This document shows, in pieces, positions 28,345 to 36,295 of a stretch of DNA of 42,199 bases; the stretch's first letter is position 1; each line of letters opens with the position of its first letter. Source of the stretch: a virus (taxonomy: Duplodnaviria; Caudoviricetes). The notes beneath the pieces were generated by a model. That model made no database searches and was not told the origin of the DNA. It saw only the letters and a list, made by a program, of their open reading frames with translations. The DNA is taken from positions 1 to 42,199 of the IMG/VR virus record IMGVR_UViG_3300050331_000104; one strand, given 5' to 3'. The translations under genes and the position numbers were made by a program.

Positions 28345-28676
28345 TGCACAACTGGAGGCAAGTATTTCTCGATCAACTTGGCAACCAGGTCCTTGTTCAA
28401 TTCATACAAAAGGCTGGCGAAGATCCCCAGCCCAAGTCCATACACCACATTTGCAAACCAATAGCCGAAAGAGATCCACCAGTCACCGGTGGGCGGGCGA
28501 GTCTGGGCAATCATGTAAGGCAAGCCAAGCGCCAGGCCGGTAAGTAAACTGGATACCAACTGTTGCTTGCCTTGTAATCCTAGTTTCCCCCAGGTCCAGA
28601 CCAATCCCATTACAACAAAGAGCAGCGGCACACCTTGCACGGCCGCCTTTACATACACAGTCAGATCAAATTCCAT
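28341..28676 (-). CDS. Holin-like membrane protein
   Basis: 111 aa, three hydrophobic helices, GL..G..AS.LYE motif; first gene after the late promoter. Confidence 0.65.
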   Translation of the reverse strand: MEFDLTVYVKAAVQGVPLLFVVMGLVWTWGKLGLQGKQQLVSSLLTGLALGLPYMIAQTRPPTGDWWISFGYWFANVVYGLGLGIFASLLYELNKDLVAKLIEKYLPPVVQ

Positions 28677-28689
28677 GGTTCACCTCCAC

Positions 28690-28739
28690 AATCATTATAC
28701 AGTAAAAATAGTCATTGTCTATAAAATATACATTGACTA
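28690..28739 (-). promoter_or_regulatory. Late promoter/operator, copy 2 (holin-terminase-portal operon)
   Basis: TAGACA-N16-TATAAT on the minus strand; a 33 bp imperfect palindrome (28708-28740) spans the -35 box. Confidence 0.75.
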
Positions 28740-28753
28740 TGTAGCAGATAAAA

Positions 28754-29626
28754 CTACACCATCCTTGCCATCTCTTGAATGGCCAGGTCATTAGATAGTC
28801 CATGCAGCCTGGCGTAAAGATTGATCACATCCAGCGGCTTGGGTGTGCAGCCGGCGAAACATCCACACACCTGATGCTCAGTATCCAGCCAGAAGCTGGG
28901 CTCCTTATCCTCATGCAGCGGGCAGCGGGTCAGGAACCAGCGAGCATTCGAGCTGGTGCGCACCTTGTCAACAAAGAAATCCTCAATCCTAAATCGCTGC
29001 CGTATGCTCTGTATAAGTGTGCCGCTTGATTGCGGTGGATCGTTGGCTACCTGCCATGGGTCACTCGCCTCGACACGTTTGAACTCAGGCACACACACAC
29101 CCTCTACATGCTCAGTATGTGCAATCAATAGGTGTGCTGGAAGTACATCAGATAGGGTCATAATAAGGGGTAAAGAAATTACTTCCCTCATCGCTCGGTA
29201 CTCTGCTCCACTGGGGTGGATGCTGCCTGGTCCGAGTACATACCCGCTGGTCTTGATGTCGATCTTCCCCACTTTATGATTCTTGATTGTCGTTGCCAGT
29301 CGCAGGTACACATGCACACCCCGGGCCGTCATCACTGAGAACGCTTTGCTCAGTATATCTCTGGCTGTCGGGTGGTTTGTTGCCCACATCGCCCAGGATC
29401 TGTACTCTGCAATGTCATCGAAGTCCAGGACAATCAAGTTATTCCAGCCGGCGAGTACTCCGTAGTTGTGTTGGCCATTGGTGAACCACTGGCTGAGTTC
29501 CTCCTGGGTGGGAAGCTGGGTCTTATATATCTCCCACGCCAGACTCGGTCGCTTGTCTTTATATCGCACAGGTATCACACCGATACCCAAATTAACCCAC
29601 ATTTTTGACCAGTCTAAAATATTCAT
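28754..29626 (-). CDS. Bifunctional DNA primase/polymerase (Prim-Pol) with a C-terminal CHC2 zinc finger
   Basis: K.P...W..Y, NYGV..G, VLDFD, T.RG.H.Y, YVL.PGS.HPSG..Y; C-terminal CPLH.D..PS....C...C. Confidence 0.88.
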   Translation of the reverse strand: MNILDWSKMWVNLGIGVIPVRYKDKRPSLAWEIYKTQLPTQEELSQWFTNGQHNYGVLAGWNNLIVLDFDDIAEYRSWAMWATNHPTARDILSKAFSVMTARGVHVYLRLATTIKNHKVGKIDIKTSGYVLGPGSIHPSGAEYRAMREVISLPLIMTLSDVLPAHLLIAHTEHVEGVCVPEFKRVEASDPWQVANDPPQSSGTLIQSIRQRFRIEDFFVDKVRTSSNARWFLTRCPLHEDKEPSFWLDTEHQVCGCFAGCTPKPLDVINLYARLHGLSNDLAIQEMARMV

Positions 29627-29636
29627 GGCACTTTCT

Positions 29637-29774
29637 TTAATGTTACACATAGTGAAAATGTTACGCGTAACATCTTAAGAATAGGGATAGTCGTATGACA
29701 TATTAATTGTCATAAGACTATGGGTATTCTTAAAGGAGTTACGCGTAACATTTAAGTCTATCCGTAACATTTAA
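29637..29774. repeat. Long imperfect inverted repeat with GTAAC iterons; candidate replication origin
   Basis: AAATGTTACGCGTAAC (29656-29671) and GTTACGCGTAACATTT (29738-29753) enclose further symmetric blocks. Confidence 0.7.
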
Positions 29775-31252
29775 GGCATCAGCCGGAGGGCAATTCCGGT
29801 GTATCCCCGCAGTGATTTGGTTCCGAATCGCATCACGTTCGGCTTACCCAGTCCCATGGATACCATCGCCGAAGATAGCCGGCGCTCGTTGATTTCAGTT
29901 GGCGCTCGCAGGTTCCCCCGCAGTGGGTCCTTCAGGATCTCCATGATTTCCAGTGAGCTCATCCGCCAGCTTGTTTGGTCCAGGTCAACCTCAAAGAACT
30001 TGCGCACCGTTTCCTCCACGATATCCAGCACTCTATACTGAGCATTGATATCTTCAGCCGACTTTCGGTCATCCCCATCCAGCTCCCACTTCTCCCCGCT
30101 TACGTATAAGTCATAGGCTTGCGCCCACACCTGATCGACATCAATGTTCCGGGTGTACCCCTGCCAATCGATGCTCTGCACATGCGCCGTCATGAATCGC
30201 CGGCTGCCCGTGGGATCACTCAGTATGCCGGACTCGTCGTTTACCGTGCCAATAAAGCTGGCCATGGCTGGCCCCTGGATATCGAACTTCCCATAAGCTT
30301 TGCGTTCCCGGACCAGGTGAGTAGACAGGAAGGCCTTCAGTGCTTCCCGATCTGCCCGCCGGGTGGTTGACCCAAACTCATTGATCTCCCATACCCAGAT
30401 GCTCATGCGACGGATGCGACAGTCCTTATCTTCCGGGTTGATTGCGCCCTCGAAGTAATACTCAGGCATTGGACTGGCCAGCCACTTCACGAACTCACTC
30501 TTGCCGATTCCTTGGGCGCCATCCAGTACCAGTACCCGGTTCTGCGCCCCGCTCATGGCTCGTGCTACTGCTCCGATCAACCACTTGCGCAGCCAGATAG
30601 CGAAGATCCCATGCTCGTCGACAAAGTAATTACTGAGCTCAGAGATAGGATCCCCACCTTCGTACTTCAGCGATTGCAGGTAATCCCGGATCGGGTGGTA
30701 TCGGTTCTGGAAGGCATGCGCTTTGTATGCGCTCTCCACCACATTGATTTCCCATACCCCCGCATCCCTTACCCGCATACCGATCACCTCGGCCAGGCCA
30801 TCACTGATCGGACTGCCGTTTACTTCAACATCATTTGTGCACAAGTTATATTTGAATTTATATCCCAGCTTTTCCAGCAACTGAATGTACTGCCCCCACT
30901 TGCGCCGCTTACTGTTACCAGAATCCTGTTTCTCCAGCCACTGTTGCAGCTCCCGCATACGCAGGGTGGTAGCACCTAAGATTGCTATCTGCTCGGCATT
31001 TGTATACCGAGCAAGTGAATCGTTGAATGCCTGCTCCAGGTCTTTCGGGTGGTCCCGAATATATTCGGCGATTGAATGCCATGGCTCCGCCCCCGGTAGT
31101 AATACCCCGGGTGGTGTGTGAGTGACCAGCACACGTGCAATCTGCTCCAGGCCATCGAGAAATTCCGCAGGATTGGAATCCCCAAACGCATCCTGAAGCA
31201 GGGCCGCATCACTGCTGAGTATGCCTGCGTCAAGTAAAGTCTTGAGCAGCAT
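29771..31252 (-). CDS. VapE (virulence-associated E)-like P-loop ATPase / replicative helicase
   Basis: YHP.R.YL, WL.GAVAR, GAQGIGKS Walker A, FIGTVN and DPTGSRRF motifs. Confidence 0.88.
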   Translation of the reverse strand: MLLKTLLDAGILSSDAALLQDAFGDSNPAEFLDGLEQIARVLVTHTPPGVLLPGAEPWHSIAEYIRDHPKDLEQAFNDSLARYTNAEQIAILGATTLRMRELQQWLEKQDSGNSKRRKWGQYIQLLEKLGYKFKYNLCTNDVEVNGSPISDGLAEVIGMRVRDAGVWEINVVESAYKAHAFQNRYHPIRDYLQSLKYEGGDPISELSNYFVDEHGIFAIWLRKWLIGAVARAMSGAQNRVLVLDGAQGIGKSEFVKWLASPMPEYYFEGAINPEDKDCRIRRMSIWVWEINEFGSTTRRADREALKAFLSTHLVRERKAYGKFDIQGPAMASFIGTVNDESGILSDPTGSRRFMTAHVQSIDWQGYTRNIDVDQVWAQAYDLYVSGEKWELDGDDRKSAEDINAQYRVLDIVEETVRKFFEVDLDQTSWRMSSLEIMEILKDPLRGNLRAPTEINERRLSSAMVSMGLGKPNVMRFGTKSLRGYTGIALRLMP

Positions 31253-31255
31253 AGG

Positions 31256-31816
31256 TTAGGCTTTGAGTAATAGAGTCTGTACTGCTGCTCCGAGTTCTTT
31301 CGCTCGGTCACTCGTCACGCTCACCCCGCCGCACGCGTTGGCTAGCTGGGTCAGGAAGTCACGGCCGCTGGGTCTGTCCTCTGGTCCCACATAAATTACA
31401 TCGATGCGGTTTTTAAAAGTCTTTGCGATCCGTAAGCACTCTTCCCGATTACTAGGTTCACCGTCACTGATCAGGATAAACCGCACGCCAGGTATATCAG
31501 CGACACGCGTGAATTGCAGTGCCTTAACAAGATTCGTACCTCCGGCATAATGAAGCGGTTGCCCGTTAGGGCAAAACATCACATCATCTGAGAAAGAAAT
31601 GACGGCGATCTTCCCTGGCATCTGACCCTGGAGGTAGGTAAGTTCCTGGCAGGCTACGTCATAACGAGACCTACCGCCACGGGAATCTTGCGCATCCATA
31701 CTGCCCGAGGTATCCACGATCACAATGCACTCCGCACTCATGAAGGATTGCGCAATAGATGTTCGACCCGCACGGGCAACCGCACCCAGCGATCCCGGGA
31801 CAATCGTGTTATTCAT
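31256..31816 (-). CDS. von Willebrand factor A domain protein
   Basis: MIDAS motif IVDTSGSM, GGT.L..AL, ILISDGEP, I...YVG and FL..LA...GG. Confidence 0.9.
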   Translation of the reverse strand: MNNTIVPGSLGAVARAGRTSIAQSFMSAECIVIVDTSGSMDAQDSRGGRSRYDVACQELTYLQGQMPGKIAVISFSDDVMFCPNGQPLHYAGGTNLVKALQFTRVADIPGVRFILISDGEPSNREECLRIAKTFKNRIDVIYVGPEDRPSGRDFLTQLANACGGVSVTSDRAKELGAAVQTLLLKA

Positions 31817-31826
31817 GATGTACTCC

Positions 31827-32045
31827 TTAGGTTAGATGTTGAATTAAACGAACTATGCTTATAATAATCAGGGTTAGTATTCCACCCATCACCCATATAC
31901 TGAGCGAGACAAACATCCCCAGGCAAGCGTTACCATCGTCGGCAGATGTCTCATCATATTGCACCTGCGTGGGTCTGCACTCCGGGTTATTGCAGAATTG
32001 TGTATTGGTGCCATGGCACCAGGGGCATTCATTGGGTGTGCTCAT
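31827..32045 (-). CDS. Small Cys-rich membrane protein
   Basis: CPWC...C....C followed by one transmembrane helix. Confidence 0.5.
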   Translation of the reverse strand: MSTPNECPWCHGTNTQFCNNPECRPTQVQYDETSADDGNACLGMFVSLSIWVMGGILTLIIISIVRLIQHLT

Positions 32046-32161
32046 ACCCCCAGCCTCACCTTCGCCGCCGCCAGCGCAAACAGGACGATGACGGAAATCA
32101 GCGCGAACACTAATGCTACAAGCAGGAACACGCCGAGTATGTCTAGCAAATCGTCAATCAT
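32042..32161 (-). CDS. 39 aa single-pass membrane peptide (not in the ORF track)
   Basis: MIDDLLDILGVFLLVALVFALISVIVLFALAAAKVRLGV*; ATGA overlaps at both ends. Confidence 0.55.
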   Translation of the reverse strand: MIDDLLDILGVFLLVALVFALISVIVLFALAAAKVRLGV

Positions 32162-32376
32162 TTGCGCCCCCATATAGAATCTTCCCGGATAAGCTGGTAA
32201 CTCGTTATATCAATGGTTACATCTTCAGTAAATGTTTTCTTGATACTCTCTTTGATGCGCTTTATATCGCTCCATTCTGTGATTGGATAGTGCGTACTTG
32301 CTTCTCCGGTTCCAACTCCAACGCTACCATTATCGCGTGTAAATATATAACTAATCAGGTAGTAGTATCTTCTCAT
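32158..32376 (-). CDS. Hypothetical protein
   Basis: 72 aa from ATG 32376 with an ATGA overlap; AT-rich. Confidence 0.55.
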   Translation of the reverse strand: MRRYYYLISYIFTRDNGSVGVGTGEASTHYPITEWSDIKRIKESIKKTFTEDVTIDITSYQLIREDSIWGRK

Positions 32377-32654
32377 TCCTTCACCCTCCCCTTGTTCAAC
32401 ACTTCCGCAAGGATTGCTTCCCCGCGTTGCCATTTCTCTTGCCTGTACTGGCGCTGCTGTTCAAGGATTTCCTCCCGATGCTCGCGGTAGTATCGCCTTG
32501 CGTATTCCTTGATCTCCTCCCGCTTGCGCTGGTAGTATGTCTTGGCGTAGGCGCTGCGTTTCTCGCGCTTGCGTATGTGATACTGGCGCTGGTACTCGGA
32601 TATGCGCTCAGGATACTTGAGGCGGTAGTTGCGTTGGTAAGCTGCGTCGGTCAT
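32373..32654 (-). CDS. Arg/Tyr/Glu-rich helical repeat protein (paralog of 36970-37260)
   Basis: Y.R.Y...HRE repeats; ends RGEAILAEVLNK. Confidence 0.6.
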   Translation of the reverse strand: MTDAAYQRNYRLKYPERISEYQRQYHIRKREKRSAYAKTYYQRKREEIKEYARRYYREHREEILEQQRQYRQEKWQRGEAILAEVLNKGRVKE

Positions 32655-33508
32655 AGCGGCATCACCATTTGCGCCTGTATATCGGCCGCCCGCGGGTTCA
32701 GCCACAGGCTTTCGATTCTGTCTCTTGCGCCGTCCGCGTGTGCTACCCGATCCACCCTGTACCAGCCTTCGTACAGCTCGTCGTAAAGCGGGCAAGCGTA
32801 ACCAGACAAAACAACGTATCCTTGCACGCTATGAAGCACGCCGGCTAAGTCGCTGTGCTGTTCGTTGGTCATTTCAAAGCGGTAGTTTTTCAACTGTCTT
32901 TCTTTACGGGTGGCGTGAACATAGGGCGGGTCAACGTAGTGCAAGGTATTCGCTGTGTCGTGTTGCAAGACGATTTCAACGGCCGGGCGGTTCTCGATAA
33001 TCACGCCTTGCAAGCGGTTGATTATCGCCGGCAGCGCGGCGGGGAAGTGCATCCAATCATGCGCCGGCGTTGTACCTGAGCGACTGGAATTTGCCCTAAA
33101 TCCTGTTGGTTTGCGTGAGTTCATTGCGTCAGATCCAAAGCCAGCGTAAGCACGGAACATCGTCCGCCGCGCCTGTTCTATCGGGTCGCCGTCTATCAGG
33201 TAGGTTAGCTCGAATTCCTCACGGGCAAATGGGGTCAACTCAATCTGGCGAATAAGTTCCCGCGCCTGAGCTGGATTGCGTAGCACCCGAAACAGGTTGA
33301 CAATCTCGCCGTCAAGATCGTTGTAAACTTCGGCATAACTGCGGGGTTTCTGCATAAGGACACTCGCCGCGCCGCCGTAAGTCTCTGTATATACGCGATG
33401 CTCAGGAAAGTGGGATATGATCCACTTTGCCAGCCGCCATTTACCGCCGTGATAGCGGAGTACAGGCCGGGTTACTGCGGAGGTCGCAACACTCGCGTAG
33501 TTGCTCAC
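32651..33508 (-). CDS. D12-class (Dam-like) N6-adenine DNA methyltransferase
   Basis: LRYHGGK, Y.E.YGG.ASV, E.YND.D and HYVDPPY motifs; GTG start at 33508 overlapping the upstream stop. Confidence 0.9.
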   Translation of the reverse strand: MSNYASVATSAVTRPVLRYHGGKWRLAKWIISHFPEHRVYTETYGGAASVLMQKPRSYAEVYNDLDGEIVNLFRVLRNPAQARELIRQIELTPFAREEFELTYLIDGDPIEQARRTMFRAYAGFGSDAMNSRKPTGFRANSSRSGTTPAHDWMHFPAALPAIINRLQGVIIENRPAVEIVLQHDTANTLHYVDPPYVHATRKERQLKNYRFEMTNEQHSDLAGVLHSVQGYVVLSGYACPLYDELYEGWYRVDRVAHADGARDRIESLWLNPRAADIQAQMVMPL

Positions 33509-34044
33509 GCCTTCACCCCCGCCCCGATAGCGGCGCACCACGCGGGCATGTGCGCGGAGAACCAGGCGGCAAGCTCGCGGCCAGCGGGGGTCATCCCGGC
33601 GGCGTTCTGCGCGTATAACTCCATCGCCCACACTTCCCACGCATTGCAGAACTGCTCGACAATGTTGTACTTAGGTAGTGAGGGCGGGTGGTATCCAGGG
33701 TAGAAGCTCCCCGCCCGCGTGTCCAGCTTATTTCTGTCCAGCCATAACTGCTTAGTAGGTTTATTCTTTGCGCGCACGCTGAACAAGTGACCCATCTCAT
33801 GAACCACAAGCGGCAGGGTTATAACTTCGCTATTCTGAAACCGGATACCACCCCACAACGCGAGCGCGTGAGTTGTCAGGTCCGAGGTAAACCGCACATA
33901 CATCTCACCCATCACAGCCTCGAAGCTCTCTCGCGCATCCAGCCCCGTGTAGGGCATGAGCGCCGTGCCGACTACCTGCGCGGCAAGCTCCACGGTGGCG
34001 CGGGCGCGGGCATCCCATAGGGCGGGGAGGTCGTAGATAATCAT
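33505..34044 (-). CDS. HExxH zincin-like metallopeptidase domain protein
   Basis: LVVHEMGHLF and a downstream E.FC motif. Confidence 0.55.
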   Translation of the reverse strand: MIIYDLPALWDARARATVELAAQVVGTALMPYTGLDARESFEAVMGEMYVRFTSDLTTHALALWGGIRFQNSEVITLPLVVHEMGHLFSVRAKNKPTKQLWLDRNKLDTRAGSFYPGYHPPSLPKYNIVEQFCNAWEVWAMELYAQNAAGMTPAGRELAAWFSAHMPAWCAAIGAGVKA

Positions 34045-34367
34045 TGCGCTCCCTCCCACTGGTAGAACGGACACCACTCTTGATGTACACCGTCATCTTC
34101 TGGTTTCCCGCATATAACACAGGTGCATCTCCCGTCATCTTCGGCAATCGTCTCTGTCCCCCACCACTCTGCTCGATAAATAATCTCGTTCAGCCGCGCT
34201 ATCTCCGCGCTCATAGTGTCATCTGTCATAACTAAATTATTTACCGAACCACCTAGTCGCGCTATCTCTTTACGCAGAGAATTGACTAGCACCTTAAGGT
34301 CAACGCAACTTCCATTCTCGCAATCAAATTCGTCATCTTCGGTTAGGTATAGATATTCGTCGCTCAT
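34041..34367 (-). CDS. Coiled-coil protein with a C-terminal CxxC...H...C zinc site
   Basis: CVICG...H...CPFYQWEG. Confidence 0.6.
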   Translation of the reverse strand: MSDEYLYLTEDDEFDCENGSCVDLKVLVNSLRKEIARLGGSVNNLVMTDDTMSAEIARLNEIIYRAEWWGTETIAEDDGRCTCVICGKPEDDGVHQEWCPFYQWEGAQ

Positions 34368-34861
34368 TTCTCGCCGCCTTCCCACTGGTGATACGGGCAA
34401 TCGTTATCATGCCCCTTCTTAAAACTCGCACCGCAACGCGCACAGAAGGGATAATTACCGTCTTCCTCCGTCACCCACTCGGCATCAACGATAATCCTGC
34501 GCAGACGCTCATTCTCAACCTTTATCTGCTGACTCTTATCTACCACCAATTCATCTAATGATACAATTGCATCCATCTCTTTTTGTAATCTTTCTATCTC
34601 AGCCCGTAACTCTGTAAGTTCAGTAAGTCTTTCAGCAAGATCATTCTTAGCAAATTCAAGCTGAACACGTAAATCATCCTCAATCGGGCGGGTGTTCCAC
34701 TCCTCAACACATTTCTTAGTGCTGTTATAAATACCGCCCTCAAACCCGCAAGCTTTATCGTGACACCATATTTGATAACGAGTTCGCCAGTTATCGCCCA
34801 TAGAAATTTCGTGTATATGGGCTGGCGTTCCGCATATGCACGCCTTCAATTCTTCGCTCAT
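34364..34861 (-). CDS. Lar-like (restriction alleviation) zinc ribbon, coiled coil and C-terminal zinc site
   Basis: ELKAC.CG...I.C....CG....EEWNTRP. Confidence 0.7.
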   Translation of the reverse strand: MSEELKACICGTPAHIHEISMGDNWRTRYQIWCHDKACGFEGGIYNSTKKCVEEWNTRPIEDDLRVQLEFAKNDLAERLTELTELRAEIERLQKEMDAIVSLDELVVDKSQQIKVENERLRRIIVDAEWVTEEDGNYPFCARCGASFKKGHDNDCPYHQWEGGEK

Positions 34862-35085
34862 TTCGTCACCTCCAAATCCCCACCCAAATACCCTCCCCTG
34901 ATCAACGCTACCAGCAGCTCACCACCCATCAACTGGCTGAAGTGGATCCGTTCGTTGTGACACCAGATATACAATTTCAATTCCTTGATCATCATAGTGA
35001 TTTCTACCTTCGCCTCCGGGGATAGTTCATCGAAACATTCCTGGAAGATCCTCGCATTGTCGTTGATCTTTACTGGAGACATCAT
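34858..35085 (-). CDS. Hypothetical protein
   Basis: 75 aa from ATG 35085 with AAGGTGA RBS and ATGA overlaps. Confidence 0.55.
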   Translation of the reverse strand: MMSPVKINDNARIFQECFDELSPEAKVEITMMIKELKLYIWCHNERIHFSQLMGGELLVALIRGGYLGGDLEVTK

Positions 35086-35270
35086 TTCACCTTGTAACTC
35101 TTGCGGCATCCACACACCCGGCACACGTAATGTTCCCAACGACCACGCACGCTCAACTTGTGTGCCGTTCTGCCTCCGCATTCCTGGCAGTACATGTAAT
35201 GCACCTGCTCAGTAAGTTGTGAGTGTGCTTGCTGCACCAGGTCAACAAATTGCTGGACCTCTTTACTCAT
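35082..35270 (-). CDS. Small zinc-ribbon protein
   Basis: YCQECG..T.H...YVC..CG. Confidence 0.6.
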   Translation of the reverse strand: MSKEVQQFVDLVQQAHSQLTEQVHYMYCQECGGRTAHKLSVRGRWEHYVCRVCGCRKSYKVK

Positions 35271-35533
35271 CTCATAATCTCCGGCGGTATCGTCGGTCCA
35301 TTGCCATTAATGGCAACAGCAACCAGGTTGTTATCCACCAGCTCAACAGACTCCAGTACAAGGATCACCGATCGCTTGCTTGCTCCATATAAGGGGGTTA
35401 CTTTGATATCCACCCCGGCTTTGATCGCATTGACCACACTCATCTGCAGGATCTGCAGCGCATCCTCAACGCTCAACGCGGGCGTGGTACGCGTCCCGCC
35501 TCTCTTTACTGAGTACTCCGAACGCTCCTCCAT
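35267..35533 (-). CDS. Hypothetical protein (true start may be further downstream)
   Basis: 88 aa ORF with AAAGGAG upstream; overlaps the small ORF at 35466-35621. Confidence 0.45.
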   Translation of the reverse strand: MEERSEYSVKRGGTRTTPALSVEDALQILQMSVVNAIKAGVDIKVTPLYGASKRSVILVLESVELVDNNLVAVAINGNGPTIPPEIMR

Positions 35534-35963
35534 AGACTGATCTCCTTTCTTTCCTTGATCCCTTACGCCATTGCCAGTACTTACCTTTGCTGATTACTTC
35601 AACCCGCCAGCGGTTTGCCATTAATGGCACAGTGAGTGCGGAGGTCAGCTCTTCAACCGCCTCCGCTGAGTAGGGTTTATCTCAATCGGTTCTTCTTTGT
35701 TGTGCCCGTTGCTGGGTGGTGCCATTAACTTTGGTTCGACCTGTGCCATTAATGGCACATCCTCATAATCGGTAGTTAATTCTTTCATCAACGCGCGTTT
35801 ACGATTCGCTACCAACTTCCGCCGGCCTGCATTGATCTCTGCCATAGCCTGCTGGTCCGCTTCGAACTCTAAGAACTTGCGTGTTCTCATTCGCTGTAAG
35901 TCTGCGTCATTCGCCAGGTACACCAGAGCGCCAGCAACATTAATGGCAACGATTAATGGCAAC
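35301..35963. repeat. Cluster of TGCCATTAATGGCA palindromes and half-sites
   Basis: Full copies at 35301-35316, 35616-35629 and 35742-35759; partial copies near 35720, 35938 and 35952. Confidence 0.8.
35466..35621 (-). CDS. 51 aa basic, Trp-rich putative nucleic-acid-binding protein (not in the ORF track)
   Basis: MANRWRVEVISKGKYWQWRKGSRKERRSVYGGAFGVLSKERRDAYHARVER*. Confidence 0.45.
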   Translation of the reverse strand: MANRWRVEVISKGKYWQWRKGSRKERRSVYGGAFGVLSKERRDAYHARVER

Positions 35964-36295
35964 CCTATGATTAGTCCCATCGCCAGCGCCGGGGGAATCT
36001 TGTAGTCCACCATCATGGTTTGGCGTAAGATCATATCTGCTACACCAGCACCGAATGAGCCAGTGAAGTCAAGCCACGTCAACCCGGTTGCAATGTAGTG
36101 CTGGGTGTATGTCGTGGTGTGAGATAGACTGATCTCATGCCAGATCAAGATCCCGATTTCAGTGCTGAATAAAAACACAATCGCCAGCCACCAGCTGGTA
36201 TCGGTGGCGGGGAGTTGCATCAGTAAGAAGTCAATCGTGCGCCAGCCGGTATAGATCAGTAAAACAAAAGTGTAGATACGGATAATCCATTTCAT
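35645..36295 (-). CDS. Four-helix membrane protein with a cytoplasmic coiled-coil tail
   Basis: Four hydrophobic segments, then a charged helix; GAGAGGTGG RBS. Confidence 0.65.
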   Translation of the reverse strand: MKWIIRIYTFVLLIYTGWRTIDFLLMQLPATDTSWWLAIVFLFSTEIGILIWHEISLSHTTTYTQHYIATGLTWLDFTGSFGAGVADMILRQTMMVDYKIPPALAMGLIIGLPLIVAINVAGALVYLANDADLQRMRTRKFLEFEADQQAMAEINAGRRKLVANRKRALMKELTTDYEDVPLMAQVEPKLMAPPSNGHNKEEPIEINPTQRRRLKS

